From positions 1 through 64,000 of IMG/VR virus record IMGVR_UViG_3300032242_000723: a stretch of DNA of 64,000 nt; one strand, 5' to 3'. Shown in pieces: positions 9,961 through 19,574 of this stretch. The position numbers were made by a program, and so were the translations under genes. Each line of letters opens with the position of its first letter. The first letter of the stretch is position 1. Under the pieces are notes generated by a model that saw nothing but the letters and a program-made list of their open reading frames with translations, was not told where the DNA came from and made no database searches.

Positions 9961-12561
9961 ATGGCACAGCCAATCTGGAGTACAGTATCAGGAACTATCG
10001 GAACATATCCGTCTGCTATTAGCATGTCTTATCAGCTAGTGGCTACTCCTGTGTTGCCAGCAGTATCATTGACATATGCAGTGATCAGCGGTAAACTTCC
10101 AACTGGCGTGTCAATGACTACATCTGGATTGGTTTTGGGTATTCCAGAAATAATCAGAATAGCAGCTACATATACCTTTGTTGTTAGAGCGACAGACAAC
10201 CTTCAGAATATTAGAGACAGAACATTTACTATAGGTATATCAGGTGCAGTTTCTCCTAAGTTCACAACTCCAACCGGAAGCGTGGCTACTACTTACGATA
10301 GCATCTGGAACGAGATTCCCATATCGTACTCTAATCCTGTAGCGAACAACCCAGTTGCTATTAGAATCATTCAAGGACAACTTCCACCTGGGTTTGAAAT
10401 CAATGAATCAGGATTAATTCGCGGATATGCAACTCCACCTCTTCTGAAGGTAAATTTAGGGGCAGTAAACACATCGGCTGTTGCGACAGCCAATAACAAT
10501 ATCACATGTTTGAGTACGACTGGTTTTTTGGTCGGTAGACCAATCGTGTTCAGTGGTTCTGTATTCGGCGGAGTCGCTGTAAATCAAACCTATTATGTCC
10601 AATCTATTATTGATGCAGTGACCTTTACTATTTCTACGACAGTCAACGGCCCGGTATATACACTAAGCAATGCGGTCGGATACATGAGCATATACTTACC
10701 AGACGTTACATATGGTCAACCTACTATACAAACCTATTCATTCTCTCTTAAATTAGAAAGTCTACTCGGATCTGACATACAAGCATACACTATAACGGTT
10801 ATAAATCAAAATACGTCAACGAGTTTGGGAGGACCTGGACTTCCACCAAACACTAGAATCCCTACGATCTATAACACAAGACCTAAAACCTATTTACTAG
10901 GTACAAATCCACAAGAGTACGGATATTATGTACTTCCAATTGATTCAATGGGTCATACTTATGCTCCCACTAGTCCTGCATTTATCGGAACAATTTCTAG
11001 TGACAACGTATTTGCATTTAAGATATTAGGACATGACTTTGATGGTAATAATCTAACTTATGTATACGCTAATTTACCCTTAGGATTAGTCGGCGACCCG
11101 ATAACGGGTTGGATTACTGGCACGCCCATTATCAGTGACAACAATATAGGTCAGTTTGGATTCAGTGTTTCGGCAAGGAAAACAGCTAATCCAAACATTG
11201 CTACTCCATTCTTTAACTTTGCCTTTAAGATCGCAAATGGCATCAACGGAAATATCACTTGGATTACTCCAACAAATTTAGGTCAAGTATTGAACGGAAC
11301 AATCTGTGTTAGTAGTGTCAAGGCTACATGTGATGTCGCACTTCAGTATAGAATAACAGATGGTAGCCTGCCACCTAACTTAACATTACTTAATGATGGT
11401 CAAATCTCAGGAGTAGTAGCATATCAGCCTAATAGTGCATTGATCGAGCAAGGCACATCTACTGACTTCACATTTACAGTTGAAGCTTACTCACCTCAAT
11501 TTCCAGTAATACAATCATCGCGTACATTTACTATGACAGTTTACCAAGAGTATAGTCAACCAACTGATACCCTGTATATCAAATGTGTACCTAGTATACC
11601 AGACAGAGAACTACTTGCATCTCTATTAGACAGTACAACGCTTATTCCTACTGAATATTTGTATAGAACAAATGATCCATATTTCGGTAAAGCATCTAGT
11701 GTAGTATACGAACATGCATATGGTATCAATGCTAGCAACCTAGATGAATATGTTGCTGCTGTTAACAAGAATCACTATTGGAGAAACATTACATTAGGTG
11801 AAATCAAGACTGCTATCGCTCGCAATGATGCAGGAGAGATTATCTATGAAGTTGTTTATAGTGAAATCATTGACAACTTGACAACTACGGAACAGATTGA
11901 AAGAACTTATGACTACAATACACAATCTACATTGATTGATCCCCAAGGACAGAGTATTTCTAAAGAAATCTACTGGCCTAGACCTATACCTTTGAATTTG
12001 GGTCCCTGGTATACGAGCGAGATTGATATCTATACTAGTTTCGTAGGCAATCTTGATGACGGTCAACCTGAATACTACACCAGTTTGACTCCAGGATACG
12101 CAAGAACATTATATCCTAACTCACTTCCAAACATGCGTCAACAAGTTAGTGATGTATTGGGTCAGCAGTATAACTATAGATTGCTTCCAACCTGGATGAC
12201 AAGTCAACAACTTAATGGTTCAACTCTTGGTTATACTCCGGCTTGGGTCATTGCATATTGCAAGCCAGGAACCACTACACTAAATGGTAGTACAGTTAGC
12301 TATGCAAAGTACATTCAATATCAGATTCAGAACAATTGGAAAAATCCAGTAGGGTATGTAAACACATTGAATACTATTAACTTTAGAATTGATAGATTCA
12401 CTGTAGATAAGGCTATCACATACAACTATGATAAGAACTTGAATCCACCAGCCTGGACAGGTCTACCAAGTGCTACTCCTACTCCGAACCCACTTGATTC
12501 AAAAGACTTCTATGTGCTGTACCCTAGGGAAACTATTTTACCCGATAAAACTCAATATTAA
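9961..12561 (+). CDS. Baseplate wedge-like protein with Ig-like repeats
   Basis: 866 aa; repeated G.LP.G..L...G.I.G Ig-like units; C-terminal HYWRNITLGEIKTA and LPTWMTSQQ...GYTPAWVIAYCKPG segments resembling myovirus wedge proteins. Confidence 0.65.
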   Translation: MAQPIWSTVSGTIGTYPSAISMSYQLVATPVLPAVSLTYAVISGKLPTGVSMTTSGLVLGIPEIIRIAATYTFVVRATDNLQNIRDRTFTIGISGAVSPKFTTPTGSVATTYDSIWNEIPISYSNPVANNPVAIRIIQGQLPPGFEINESGLIRGYATPPLLKVNLGAVNTSAVATANNNITCLSTTGFLVGRPIVFSGSVFGGVAVNQTYYVQSIIDAVTFTISTTVNGPVYTLSNAVGYMSIYLPDVTYGQPTIQTYSFSLKLESLLGSDIQAYTITVINQNTSTSLGGPGLPPNTRIPTIYNTRPKTYLLGTNPQEYGYYVLPIDSMGHTYAPTSPAFIGTISSDNVFAFKILGHDFDGNNLTYVYANLPLGLVGDPITGWITGTPIISDNNIGQFGFSVSARKTANPNIATPFFNFAFKIANGINGNITWITPTNLGQVLNGTICVSSVKATCDVALQYRITDGSLPPNLTLLNDGQISGVVAYQPNSALIEQGTSTDFTFTVEAYSPQFPVIQSSRTFTMTVYQEYSQPTDTLYIKCVPSIPDRELLASLLDSTTLIPTEYLYRTNDPYFGKASSVVYEHAYGINASNLDEYVAAVNKNHYWRNITLGEIKTAIARNDAGEIIYEVVYSEIIDNLTTTEQIERTYDYNTQSTLIDPQGQSISKEIYWPRPIPLNLGPWYTSEIDIYTSFVGNLDDGQPEYYTSLTPGYARTLYPNSLPNMRQQVSDVLGQQYNYRLLPTWMTSQQLNGSTLGYTPAWVIAYCKPGTTTLNGSTVSYAKYIQYQIQNNWKNPVGYVNTLNTINFRIDRFTVDKAITYNYDKNLNPPAWTGLPSATPTPNPLDSKDFYVLYPRETILPDKTQY

Positions 12562-13277
12562 CGTAGCTTCCATCCGAATACTGTTTTGTTATTTCCGTTC
12601 AATACCGCAGTAACATTACATCTATGACAACTTAGTTTAACTGCCATATCATACCGAGTGCAATCTATTTGTTCTTTCGTATTAATGTTTTCCCAGTTGT
12701 ATATTGTATGATCATATCCTGGATTATTTTTTCCCGCATATCTACCTGCGTATTCTGGTTTTTTGCTATAGTGATTATCTCCGGAATTATGTGGTACATA
12801 ATTTGGATCTTTCGGTTTTCCACAATTTTCACCATGATGTTTTGCGTAATTAGCACTATCCATGGTAATTCCGCAATGCGGGCATGTTTTTTTTATTTGT
12901 GATGCATGTAGCCCATCGTCTATTTGCTTTTTGACAATACTTTGCGATAGTGATGAACCATCTGGACGCTTTAACCAGGGATGAGTTCCCCTTTTTACTT
13001 GCTGCAATGAACTTTGTCTTACTATATTTGAAATCTCAGTAGGTGATAGTTTGAGAAGCGGATGAAGTTTCCAACATGCTCCCCAATCTTTTTGAGCCTT
13101 GTGAATTTGATAGTGTTCAGCAATAGATACTGCAACTAAGTTGACAGGATGATTATTTGTACGGTTGCCGTCAATATGATGAATATCGTAAGTTCTTCCA
13201 GATTCATCTTTTGGAATAGGTCCATTATGTTGTTCGTATATTTTACGATATTTGGTTGTGCCACAATAAATACACAT
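12558..13277 (-). CDS. Free-standing HNH homing endonuclease (HEG1)
   Basis: MCIYCGT...YDIHHIDGNRTNNHPVNL HNH motif, CPHC Zn finger, C-terminal DNA-binding tail. Its stop overlaps the baseplate gene stop (TTAA). Confidence 0.88.
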   Translation of the reverse strand: MCIYCGTTKYRKIYEQHNGPIPKDESGRTYDIHHIDGNRTNNHPVNLVAVSIAEHYQIHKAQKDWGACWKLHPLLKLSPTEISNIVRQSSLQQVKRGTHPWLKRPDGSSLSQSIVKKQIDDGLHASQIKKTCPHCGITMDSANYAKHHGENCGKPKDPNYVPHNSGDNHYSKKPEYAGRYAGKNNPGYDHTIYNWENINTKEQIDCTRYDMAVKLSCHRCNVTAVLNGNNKTVFGWKLR

Positions 13278-13343
13278 GCTGATTGCTCCTTATAGCATTA
13301 GAGTAGTTGGGTGTTCCACCACCGTGAACTACATCTTTATTTA
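13278..13343 (-). promoter_or_regulatory. Conserved HEG leader, copy 1 (late promoter + two hairpins + SD)
   Basis: TAAATA AAGAT GTAGTT CAC GGTG gtggaa CACC C AACTAC TCTAA TGCT ataagg AGCA ATCAGC ATG. Confidence 0.85.
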
Positions 13344-13397
13344 GTCTAATAAATAGGTTTGATAAATACATGTAATAACTTATGGAATTAACATATT

Positions 13398-15323
13398 ATG
13401 ACCAGTCAAATCAATACTAATGGAATCAACGTAAACTATCCAGTACCAGGCCAAAACAACTCGTCTCAGCCATTCCGTGACAACTTTGCTCAAATCAAAA
13501 CTCAAATTGATACGGGGGCAACAGAAATCACTGACCTACAAAGCAAAGTTATTCTAAAGGCAGCCCTTAACAATAGTACGCTCAACAACGATATGGGTAA
13601 CACTCAGATCAGTAACTTGTCAACTCGTGGTTTTAGAGCAACAACTTATAACTTAGGTAACTCACTTGCAGGTACAGTTTTAGTTGACGTGAATCGTGCA
13701 GATGTACATTATGGTTCATTAACAGGAAACGTTACATTACAGTTTGGTAACTGGGCTCCAACTAACACCGAAAGCAACGTAGTCGTAAGATTCAATGTTG
13801 CTAATGCAAACGCAGTAATCTCTTTCCCTAGCAGTGTCGTTTCTTCTAATAGCGACTATGGTGTCACACTTCTTGAAAATTATGCTATTATCGCCAACGT
13901 AGCAACAGTGACAGCACCAGCAAACGCTACTATCCTTGAGTATAGATTCTCTACTGTAGATTGTGGAAACACGATCACTGTTGAACCTACTAATAGACCA
14001 TATGTAGCAACACAAATTAAAGACGGTAGCCCAAGTCCAGTAGGTTTTCCCGGTGACACTCCTGGTACAGTATTAACAGATAGTAGCTATATCTATGTGT
14101 GTACTGCAAACTTTGCAGGAACAGTTAATAGTACAAAGACAGTAGCAAATACTTTTGCATCTGGAAATATTATTACACTTAGCAGTACTGCTGGCATAAA
14201 TGTAACTGATCCGATCATCTTCACTGGTAATGTATATGGTGGATTAGTCGCAAACTCAGTATATTATGTAAAGACTGTTAGCTCACCTAACATCACGGTC
14301 TCTACTACTGGATTTGATGGCGTAGTCGGCAATGCATTTGCATTAACAACTGCAAATGGTGCTGGCGTTAGTGCAACTAGCTATAATGGCACTTCAATAT
14401 GGAAAAGAATAGACTTAGCAGGTACAACCGGTAACGATATTGTTACTGGCAATCTTCAAGTAAACTATGCAGCAAACATCGGTACTACTCTTACTGTTGG
14501 TAGTAATATCACAACAACTGGTATCATTGGCATCGGTACATCTGCTCCAGACGCAGAACTTAACATTTTAGCAACGCCACAAACTGTAAGCTATCCAGTA
14601 ACTGGCAATAGCACGACTCTTGGAACAGATTTGCACATATCAGGTGCTGATGGTTCTAATACTCGCATCACACAAGATGCATTTGGCACAGGTAGTTATG
14701 TAGCATTTACTGGTCGTGCAAGTCGAGGTACCGCTGCTAGTCCAACTCAATCTCAATCGGGTGACACGTTAACTCAGTTCACTGCACGTGGATTCAGCAA
14801 CGGAACTTTGCAGTTTGGTAACGTATCAACTGGCCGTGTAGATTTAATAGCAGCAGAAAACTTTACCGATACAAGCCGAGCTACTAATGTAGCGATTTTT
14901 ACGACAGCAACTGGTAGTATTACCCCAACAGTAATGGCAACATTTTCTGGTACTGGTGTAAATATTGTGGGCAACACTCTTGTAACGGGTACAGGTGGAT
15001 TAGGTTACGGTACAGGTTCTGGTGGTGCCATCACTCAGTCTATCAGCAGAACTACAGGCGTTACACTTAACAAGACTAACGGTGCGATCACATTGTTTAC
15101 CGCTGCTGGATCAGCTACAGCTACAACATTCACTGTAACTAACTCAACTGTTGCTGCCACTGATGTCGTGCAAGTCTCAGTTAAATCTGCCACTAATACA
15201 TATCTAGCATTCGTTAGTGCGGTTGCAGCATCTAGCTTTAACATTACCTTCTATACAACAGGTGGTACCGCATCTGATGCTCCAGTATTCAACTTCGCTG
15301 TAATCAAGGCTGTAATCGCATAA
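13398..15323 (+). CDS. Baseplate/tail-fibre protein
   Basis: N-terminal INVNYPVPGQNNSSQPFRDNFAQIK typical of myovirus baseplate/fibre proteins; late promoter GATAAATA at 13361. Confidence 0.7.
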   Translation: MTSQINTNGINVNYPVPGQNNSSQPFRDNFAQIKTQIDTGATEITDLQSKVILKAALNNSTLNNDMGNTQISNLSTRGFRATTYNLGNSLAGTVLVDVNRADVHYGSLTGNVTLQFGNWAPTNTESNVVVRFNVANANAVISFPSSVVSSNSDYGVTLLENYAIIANVATVTAPANATILEYRFSTVDCGNTITVEPTNRPYVATQIKDGSPSPVGFPGDTPGTVLTDSSYIYVCTANFAGTVNSTKTVANTFASGNIITLSSTAGINVTDPIIFTGNVYGGLVANSVYYVKTVSSPNITVSTTGFDGVVGNAFALTTANGAGVSATSYNGTSIWKRIDLAGTTGNDIVTGNLQVNYAANIGTTLTVGSNITTTGIIGIGTSAPDAELNILATPQTVSYPVTGNSTTLGTDLHISGADGSNTRITQDAFGTGSYVAFTGRASRGTAASPTQSQSGDTLTQFTARGFSNGTLQFGNVSTGRVDLIAAENFTDTSRATNVAIFTTATGSITPTVMATFSGTGVNIVGNTLVTGTGGLGYGTGSGGAITQSISRTTGVTLNKTNGAITLFTAAGSATATTFTVTNSTVAATDVVQVSVKSATNTYLAFVSAVAASSFNITFYTTGGTASDAPVFNFAVIKAVIA

Positions 15324-15324
15324 T

Positions 15325-15564
15325 ATGGAACATCCCTTTATTAACGATTTAACAGACAAGACGCTAGAAGAACTTCAAGAAACTGTTGCAAGCTTGATGA
15401 ACAAGTTAACATTTGCATATCGTACTGGTAACGGTCCTCTTATTCAGCAACTGCACATGGTTCTTGAAAGTTACAAAACGCAACAGAGCAAGAAGTTGGA
15501 TGAAGTGTTTGCTAAGCAAAAGATGAAAAATACCATCAATATCAACTCTAACAAAGAAATGTAG
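15325..15564 (+). CDS. Hypothetical helical protein
   Basis: 79-aa ORF abutting the upstream gene. Confidence 0.65.
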   Translation: MEHPFINDLTDKTLEELQETVASLMNKLTFAYRTGNGPLIQQLHMVLESYKTQQSKKLDEVFAKQKMKNTININSNKEM

Positions 15565-15593
15565 TTGACATTCACAACGAAACGTGCTACAGT
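15565..15593 (+). promoter_or_regulatory. Sigma70-type promoter
   Basis: TTGACA-17nt-TACAGT. Confidence 0.7.
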
Positions 15594-15599
15594 CAATCT

Positions 15600-16109
15600 A
15601 TGATTAGGGATAAGTACGGTCAACAGATTTACACTGAGCAAGATATTTGCGATATGTACCTAACTGACCCAGACATAACACTAAAGAATGTGTTAACAAC
15701 GGTTCCTATCAAACTCGATGACAATCTACGATTAGATCATATGCCCCGCCTCGTCCATCACATTATAGACGAGTCAAAAACAATAGAAGAGTTTGATAAA
15801 GCATGTCAGGACAACTGGCATCTACCAGACTCATACAAGAACTTTGACATTGCTAAGTTCGCATTAGAACAATGTAGTACCGAAGAAGAACTACAACGAG
15901 CTGGTCAAGAACTATTACTATATCAAGAACGTGATATGTTCATATTATTGCGATATTTGAAATATCTTGTAGACACGATGCGTAGAAACAACATTGTTTG
16001 GGGCGTGGGGCGTGGCTCTAGCGTAAGTAGTTTTGTACTGTACTTGATCGGCATACACAGGATCAACTCATTATACTACGACTTGTCAATAGATGAATTT
16101 TTAAAGTAG
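15600..16109 (+). CDS. Stand-alone fragment similar to DNA polymerase III alpha (DnaE)
   Basis: YL...V..MR.N.IVWGVGRGSSVSSFVLYLIGIHRINSLYYDL...FL matches the DnaE GxGRGS...LGIT.IDP...L.FERFL segment; only 169 aa. Confidence 0.7.
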   Translation: MIRDKYGQQIYTEQDICDMYLTDPDITLKNVLTTVPIKLDDNLRLDHMPRLVHHIIDESKTIEEFDKACQDNWHLPDSYKNFDIAKFALEQCSTEEELQRAGQELLLYQERDMFILLRYLKYLVDTMRRNNIVWGVGRGSSVSSFVLYLIGIHRINSLYYDLSIDEFLK

Positions 16110-16146
16110 CAGTTAATGACAATAAATATATTAAAGGAGAATAATA

Positions 16147-16566
16147 ATGGCTATACATAGAACAGCATTAGGCAAGGGCCTTGACATGACGGCTCTAGCA
16201 GCAAAGAACGAACGGGTTCGTGCAGTAGGAAATATGAATGTTAATGCTAGAGGTGATATCATTGACGGCAAGGGAGACGTAGTTGTCCCGGTAACAAAGA
16301 GAGTCAGTGATAAGTATCAGCGTTCAGTTACCAATCGTGCTGCTAACGTGATTGACCGCAAGCAAGCACCTATTGAAGTTGACACTGCACCTGAAGAAAG
16401 CTTTGATCTAACAGCCGAAGAACTAGCACTAGAAGCAGAACTAGAAGACGAAGTAGATATCGAAGAACTTAAGGCAGCAGAAGCAGAAGTGGTTATTAAG
16501 CCAGCAAGCGAAGCTCCTGACTTCTTTGAACCGGAACCAACAACTAAAGCAAAGAAAACTAAATAA
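16147..16566 (+). CDS. Hypothetical late protein with acidic C-terminus
   Basis: SD AAAGGAG; TAAATA at 16123. Confidence 0.7.
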   Translation: MAIHRTALGKGLDMTALAAKNERVRAVGNMNVNARGDIIDGKGDVVVPVTKRVSDKYQRSVTNRAANVIDRKQAPIEVDTAPEESFDLTAEELALEAELEDEVDIEELKAAEAEVVIKPASEAPDFFEPEPTTKAKKTK

Positions 16567-16568
16567 CA

Positions 16569-16934
16569 ATGACTGAAAAAGTTAACGTAACTAGGACTAA
16601 AGTAGGAAAGCTCCTACCACTCAAGGATACTATTTTGGTATATGGTATGGAGTTCAGGGAACGCATTAGTCGTGGAGGACTAATCATTCTCAATGACGAC
16701 ATGAAGAGTGCGGGGATTCGTCCTCGCTGGGCCCAGGTATACGCTGTTGGACCAGAAGTACAAGACGTTAAAGCAGGCGATTATATTATGATAGCACACG
16801 GAAGATGGAGTCGTGGTCAAACCATTGAAGATGATGAAGGCGAGAAAGTAATCCGAAAAGTAGACCCCGCTGACATATTATTAATAAGTGAAGAATATGT
16901 CAATGATTATACAATGACCGATAAGGAGTACTAA
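16569..16934 (+). CDS. groES: GroES-like co-chaperonin
   Basis: LLPLKDTILV...SRGGLII...AQVYAVGP...VKAGDYI...DIL matches the Cpn10 pattern. Confidence 0.8.
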   Translation: MTEKVNVTRTKVGKLLPLKDTILVYGMEFRERISRGGLIILNDDMKSAGIRPRWAQVYAVGPEVQDVKAGDYIMIAHGRWSRGQTIEDDEGEKVIRKVDPADILLISEEYVNDYTMTDKEY

Positions 16935-16936
16935 AT

Positions 16937-17009
16937 GATAAATACATGTGCTGTAGTTCGCGGGACTCGTAATCCCCAACTACTCTAACGCTTACAAGGA
17001 GCAATCAGC
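16937..17009 (+). promoter_or_regulatory. Conserved HEG leader, copy 2
   Basis: GATAAATA CATGTGCT GTAGTT CGC GGGA ctcgtaa TCCC C AACTAC TCTAA CGCT tacaagg AGCA ATCAGC ATG. Confidence 0.85.
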
Positions 17010-17630
17010 ATGTGTATTTATTGTGGTACCACCAAGCATCGTAAAATCTATGAAAATCATTTCGGTGCAATACCAAAAGATGAAGATGGAAGAACTTATG
17101 AAGTTCATCATGTAGACGGCAATCATTCAAACAATGAATTAGATAATTTGAAAATAGTAAGTATAAAGGAGCATTATGACATACATTATGCTCAAGAAGA
17201 TTATAACGCTTGCTTAAAGATGGGTTATAGAATGAAATTGTCGCCCGAAGAAAAGTCTAGATTAGCAAGTTTAGAAAACTTGAGAAGAGTAGAAAACGGT
17301 ACTCACCCTTTTTTGAATAAAGAAAAAGGCAGAATAGAAAACTTGAGAAGAGTAGAAAACGGTACCCATCATTTCTTGAGCAGCGAGATATCAAAAAGAA
17401 ACAATCAACAAAGAGTAGAAAACGGTACCCATAATTTATTAAATAACAGTTATGCCAAAGAACGACTAAAAAATGGTACTCATAATTTTCAAAGACCTGA
17501 TGCGCCTTCTCAGTTTAAATGGAAATGTGAACACTGTAATAAGGAAGGTAAAAGTAAAGGACTTTTTACTAGATGGCATGGAAATAATTGCAAAAAAAAT
17601 ACGGTCTCCGGATCAGTATTCAACGTCTGA
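17010..17630 (+). CDS. Free-standing HNH homing endonuclease (HEG2)
   Basis: MCIYCGT...YEVHHVDGNHSNNELDNL; four RVENGTHxF repeats; C-terminal WKCEHC...WHGNNC. Confidence 0.88.
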   Translation: MCIYCGTTKHRKIYENHFGAIPKDEDGRTYEVHHVDGNHSNNELDNLKIVSIKEHYDIHYAQEDYNACLKMGYRMKLSPEEKSRLASLENLRRVENGTHPFLNKEKGRIENLRRVENGTHHFLSSEISKRNNQQRVENGTHNLLNNSYAKERLKNGTHNFQRPDAPSQFKWKCEHCNKEGKSKGLFTRWHGNNCKKNTVSGSVFNV

Positions 17631-17640
17631 GTACGATGCC

Positions 17641-17736
17641 GGCGAGAAAGTAATCCGTAAGGTTGATCCAAATGATATTTTATTAATAAGCGAAGAATAC
17701 GTCAACGATTATACGATGACCGATAAGGAATACTAG
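17641..17736 (+). pseudogene. Duplicated 3' end of groES (orphan remnant)
   Basis: Encodes GEKVIRKVDPNDILLISEEYVNDYTMTDKEY*, 30/31 aa identical to groES 16839-16934, with 15 nt differences in 96. Confidence 0.85.
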
Positions 17737-17858
17737 GAAGAACGATACTTGGTACACTGTAATAAATCCAAGCCCCTATAGAAGTCAGAGATGAGAAAGA
17801 TAAACCGCGTAATGATGGCGGCCATCTCTGACAATTCCTCACATTATACCCAATGTCT

Positions 17859-17887
17859 TTGACTTATCGTCACATAACAACTAATAT
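17859..17887 (+). promoter_or_regulatory. Sigma70-type promoter
   Basis: TTGACT-17nt-TAATAT. Confidence 0.6.
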
Positions 17888-17893
17888 GAAATC

Positions 17894-18043
17894 ATGAACA
17901 AGAAAATCGTACCGATCGCGGCAGTGTTGAGCATCGCAAGCTTAACTATCTATGCCATGTTGAAAGTCCATGCTATTGCAAAGAGCATCGACATCCCCGT
18001 ATACACCCCTACTCCTGAAGATGAGACAACAAATGAAGAATAA
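17894..18043 (+). CDS. Small single-TM protein (below the ORF-track cutoff)
   Basis: MNKKIVPIAAVLSIASLTIYAMLKVHAIAKSIDIPVYTPTPEDETTNEE; directly follows the promoter. Confidence 0.55.
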   Translation: MNKKIVPIAAVLSIASLTIYAMLKVHAIAKSIDIPVYTPTPEDETTNEE

Positions 18044-18959
18044 ACTTTGGGTTGAAAAATACAGGCCAAACTCAGTGAGCGATTACGTATTCGTTGATGA
18101 ACGACAGAAGAAGCAGGTAGAAGGTTGGATCGCAGAAGGTTCAATTCCACATCTACTTCTATCAGGTGAGCCTGGTACAGGCAAGACAACTCTCGCTAAG
18201 GTTCTTATCAAGGAACTCGGTGTTGAAGATTATGATGTATTAGAGATCAACGCATCACGCGAGAACGGCATTGACATGCTTCGTGAGAAGATCAATAGCT
18301 TTGTTCAAACGATGCCTTTTGGTAAGTTTAAGGTCGTATTGCTTGACGAGGCTGACTATCTAACTCATCAATCGCAGGCAGCATTGCGTGGTGATATGGA
18401 AACATATCACGAGACAGTGCGTTACATTCTAACATGTAACTACGAACACAAGATCCTCCCTGCATTGCGTGAAAGCCGATGCTACAAGATGTATATCGCA
18501 AAGCCAGACATGACTGAGTTTACAGTCCGTGCTGCTACGGTTCTTGTGACTGAAAACATTGATGTTGATATGGACGTACTTGATACTTATGTACGAGCGT
18601 CATATCCCGATCTTCGCAAGTGTCTCAATCAACTACAGAACAACTCTAAGTCTGGCGTGTTACTTCCTATTCACGATGAAGGCAACGGCGAAGATGAAAT
18701 CTTGATCAAGGCAACTGAGTTGTTTAAGGCAGGAAAGATTCTTGAAGGTCGTCAACAGTTGATGCAGTATATCTCTATTCACCCAACTCGCATTGAGGAT
18801 TGCTACAGATTCATGTATGATAATCTTGATCTATGGGGCACAACACAAGAGCGTAAAGACGCAAGCATCATCGTTATTCGTAACGGTCTCGCAAATCTAT
18901 CACTAGTTGGTATTCCAGAAATCTCACTAGCAGCAACATTAGTGGAGTTAACAGCATGA
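18033..18959 (+). CDS. Clamp loader AAA+ subunit (RFC small / gp44-like)
   Basis: LWVEKYRP, GEPGTGKTT, LEINAS, VVLLDEAD, RFILTCN-like; start reassigned to ATG 18033. Confidence 0.93.
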   Translation: MKNKLWVEKYRPNSVSDYVFVDERQKKQVEGWIAEGSIPHLLLSGEPGTGKTTLAKVLIKELGVEDYDVLEINASRENGIDMLREKINSFVQTMPFGKFKVVLLDEADYLTHQSQAALRGDMETYHETVRYILTCNYEHKILPALRESRCYKMYIAKPDMTEFTVRAATVLVTENIDVDMDVLDTYVRASYPDLRKCLNQLQNNSKSGVLLPIHDEGNGEDEILIKATELFKAGKILEGRQQLMQYISIHPTRIEDCYRFMYDNLDLWGTTQERKDASIIVIRNGLANLSLVGIPEISLAATLVELTA

Positions 18960-19261
18960 TTTATTTAGGATTTGAACTTAACTGGTCTTTCAAGCATATC
19001 AGTCAAAAAGATTATATTGAAAAGTATTGGAAAGTATCTAAGAACAAGACTTTAGAAGTGCGGTTGGGCCGAGGAGTAAACGCTCTTATCGGGTTCACCT
19101 TCAGATGGGATACTCACTGTGATCATGCAGGAGTATTACTTGATTTAAGCCTATTCAGACACTTCTTCATCATTCAGTTCTATGACAACCGTCATTGGAA
19201 TGATGAAAAAGGTCGCTATGTAAACTATGATAATCCAGAAGAAGTGGAGGAATATTTGTGA
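18956..19261 (+). CDS. Hypothetical protein
   Basis: 101 aa; ATGA overlap with the clamp loader gene. Confidence 0.6.
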   Translation: MIYLGFELNWSFKHISQKDYIEKYWKVSKNKTLEVRLGRGVNALIGFTFRWDTHCDHAGVLLDLSLFRHFFIIQFYDNRHWNDEKGRYVNYDNPEEVEEYL

Positions 19262-19548
19262 GATACCTACTTATAACCTTTACCCGCAAAGCAGGCGGAC
19301 AGATTGACGAAGCAGTTGCAATGAACAAGCGTGTTCGAAACTCCGACCTAACAAGTTGCAATGTCATTCTTGATTTCGCTGAAAGAAAGATTGTCAAGTG
19401 CATCATTGAAGGCAAAGAGCATGATGCAGATTTTGTCAAGATGCGTGACTATTATGATAGGGTTTATCCTAATCTGATCGCACAACTTGAGAAAGAAGCA
19501 TCTATGACTGCTACTCAAAACAAGCAAGAAGACAAGAAGTTGAAATAG
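19258..19548 (+). CDS. Hypothetical protein
   Basis: 96 aa; GTGA overlap with the upstream gene, SD GGAGG. Confidence 0.7.
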   Translation: MRYLLITFTRKAGGQIDEAVAMNKRVRNSDLTSCNVILDFAERKIVKCIIEGKEHDADFVKMRDYYDRVYPNLIAQLEKEASMTATQNKQEDKKLK

Positions 19549-19572
19549 TAAATGGGGCTTTCGCCCCATTTA
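19549..19572. terminator. Bidirectional hairpin terminator
   Basis: TAAATGGGGC-TTTC-GCCCCATTTA, a 10-bp stem between convergent genes. Confidence 0.8.
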
Positions 19573-19574
19573 CG

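Noticed and set aside
13278-13343. HEG leader as a tRNA, self-cleaving ribozyme or IS200/IS605 end
   Set aside because: No cloverleaf, no hammerhead CUGAnGA/GAAA core and no HDV-type nested pseudoknot evident; no transposase and no conserved right end downstream of the nuclease genes. Kept as an unknown leader, pending a covariance-model search.
16934-17641. HEG2 as a group I intron in groES
   Set aside because: The upstream groES copy is complete with its own stop; the insert is almost entirely leader plus ORF, with no room for an intron core.
17473-17736. ORF-track 87-aa ORF
   Set aside because: It is an alternate frame of the HNH end running into the groES remnant; treated as a pseudogene fragment.
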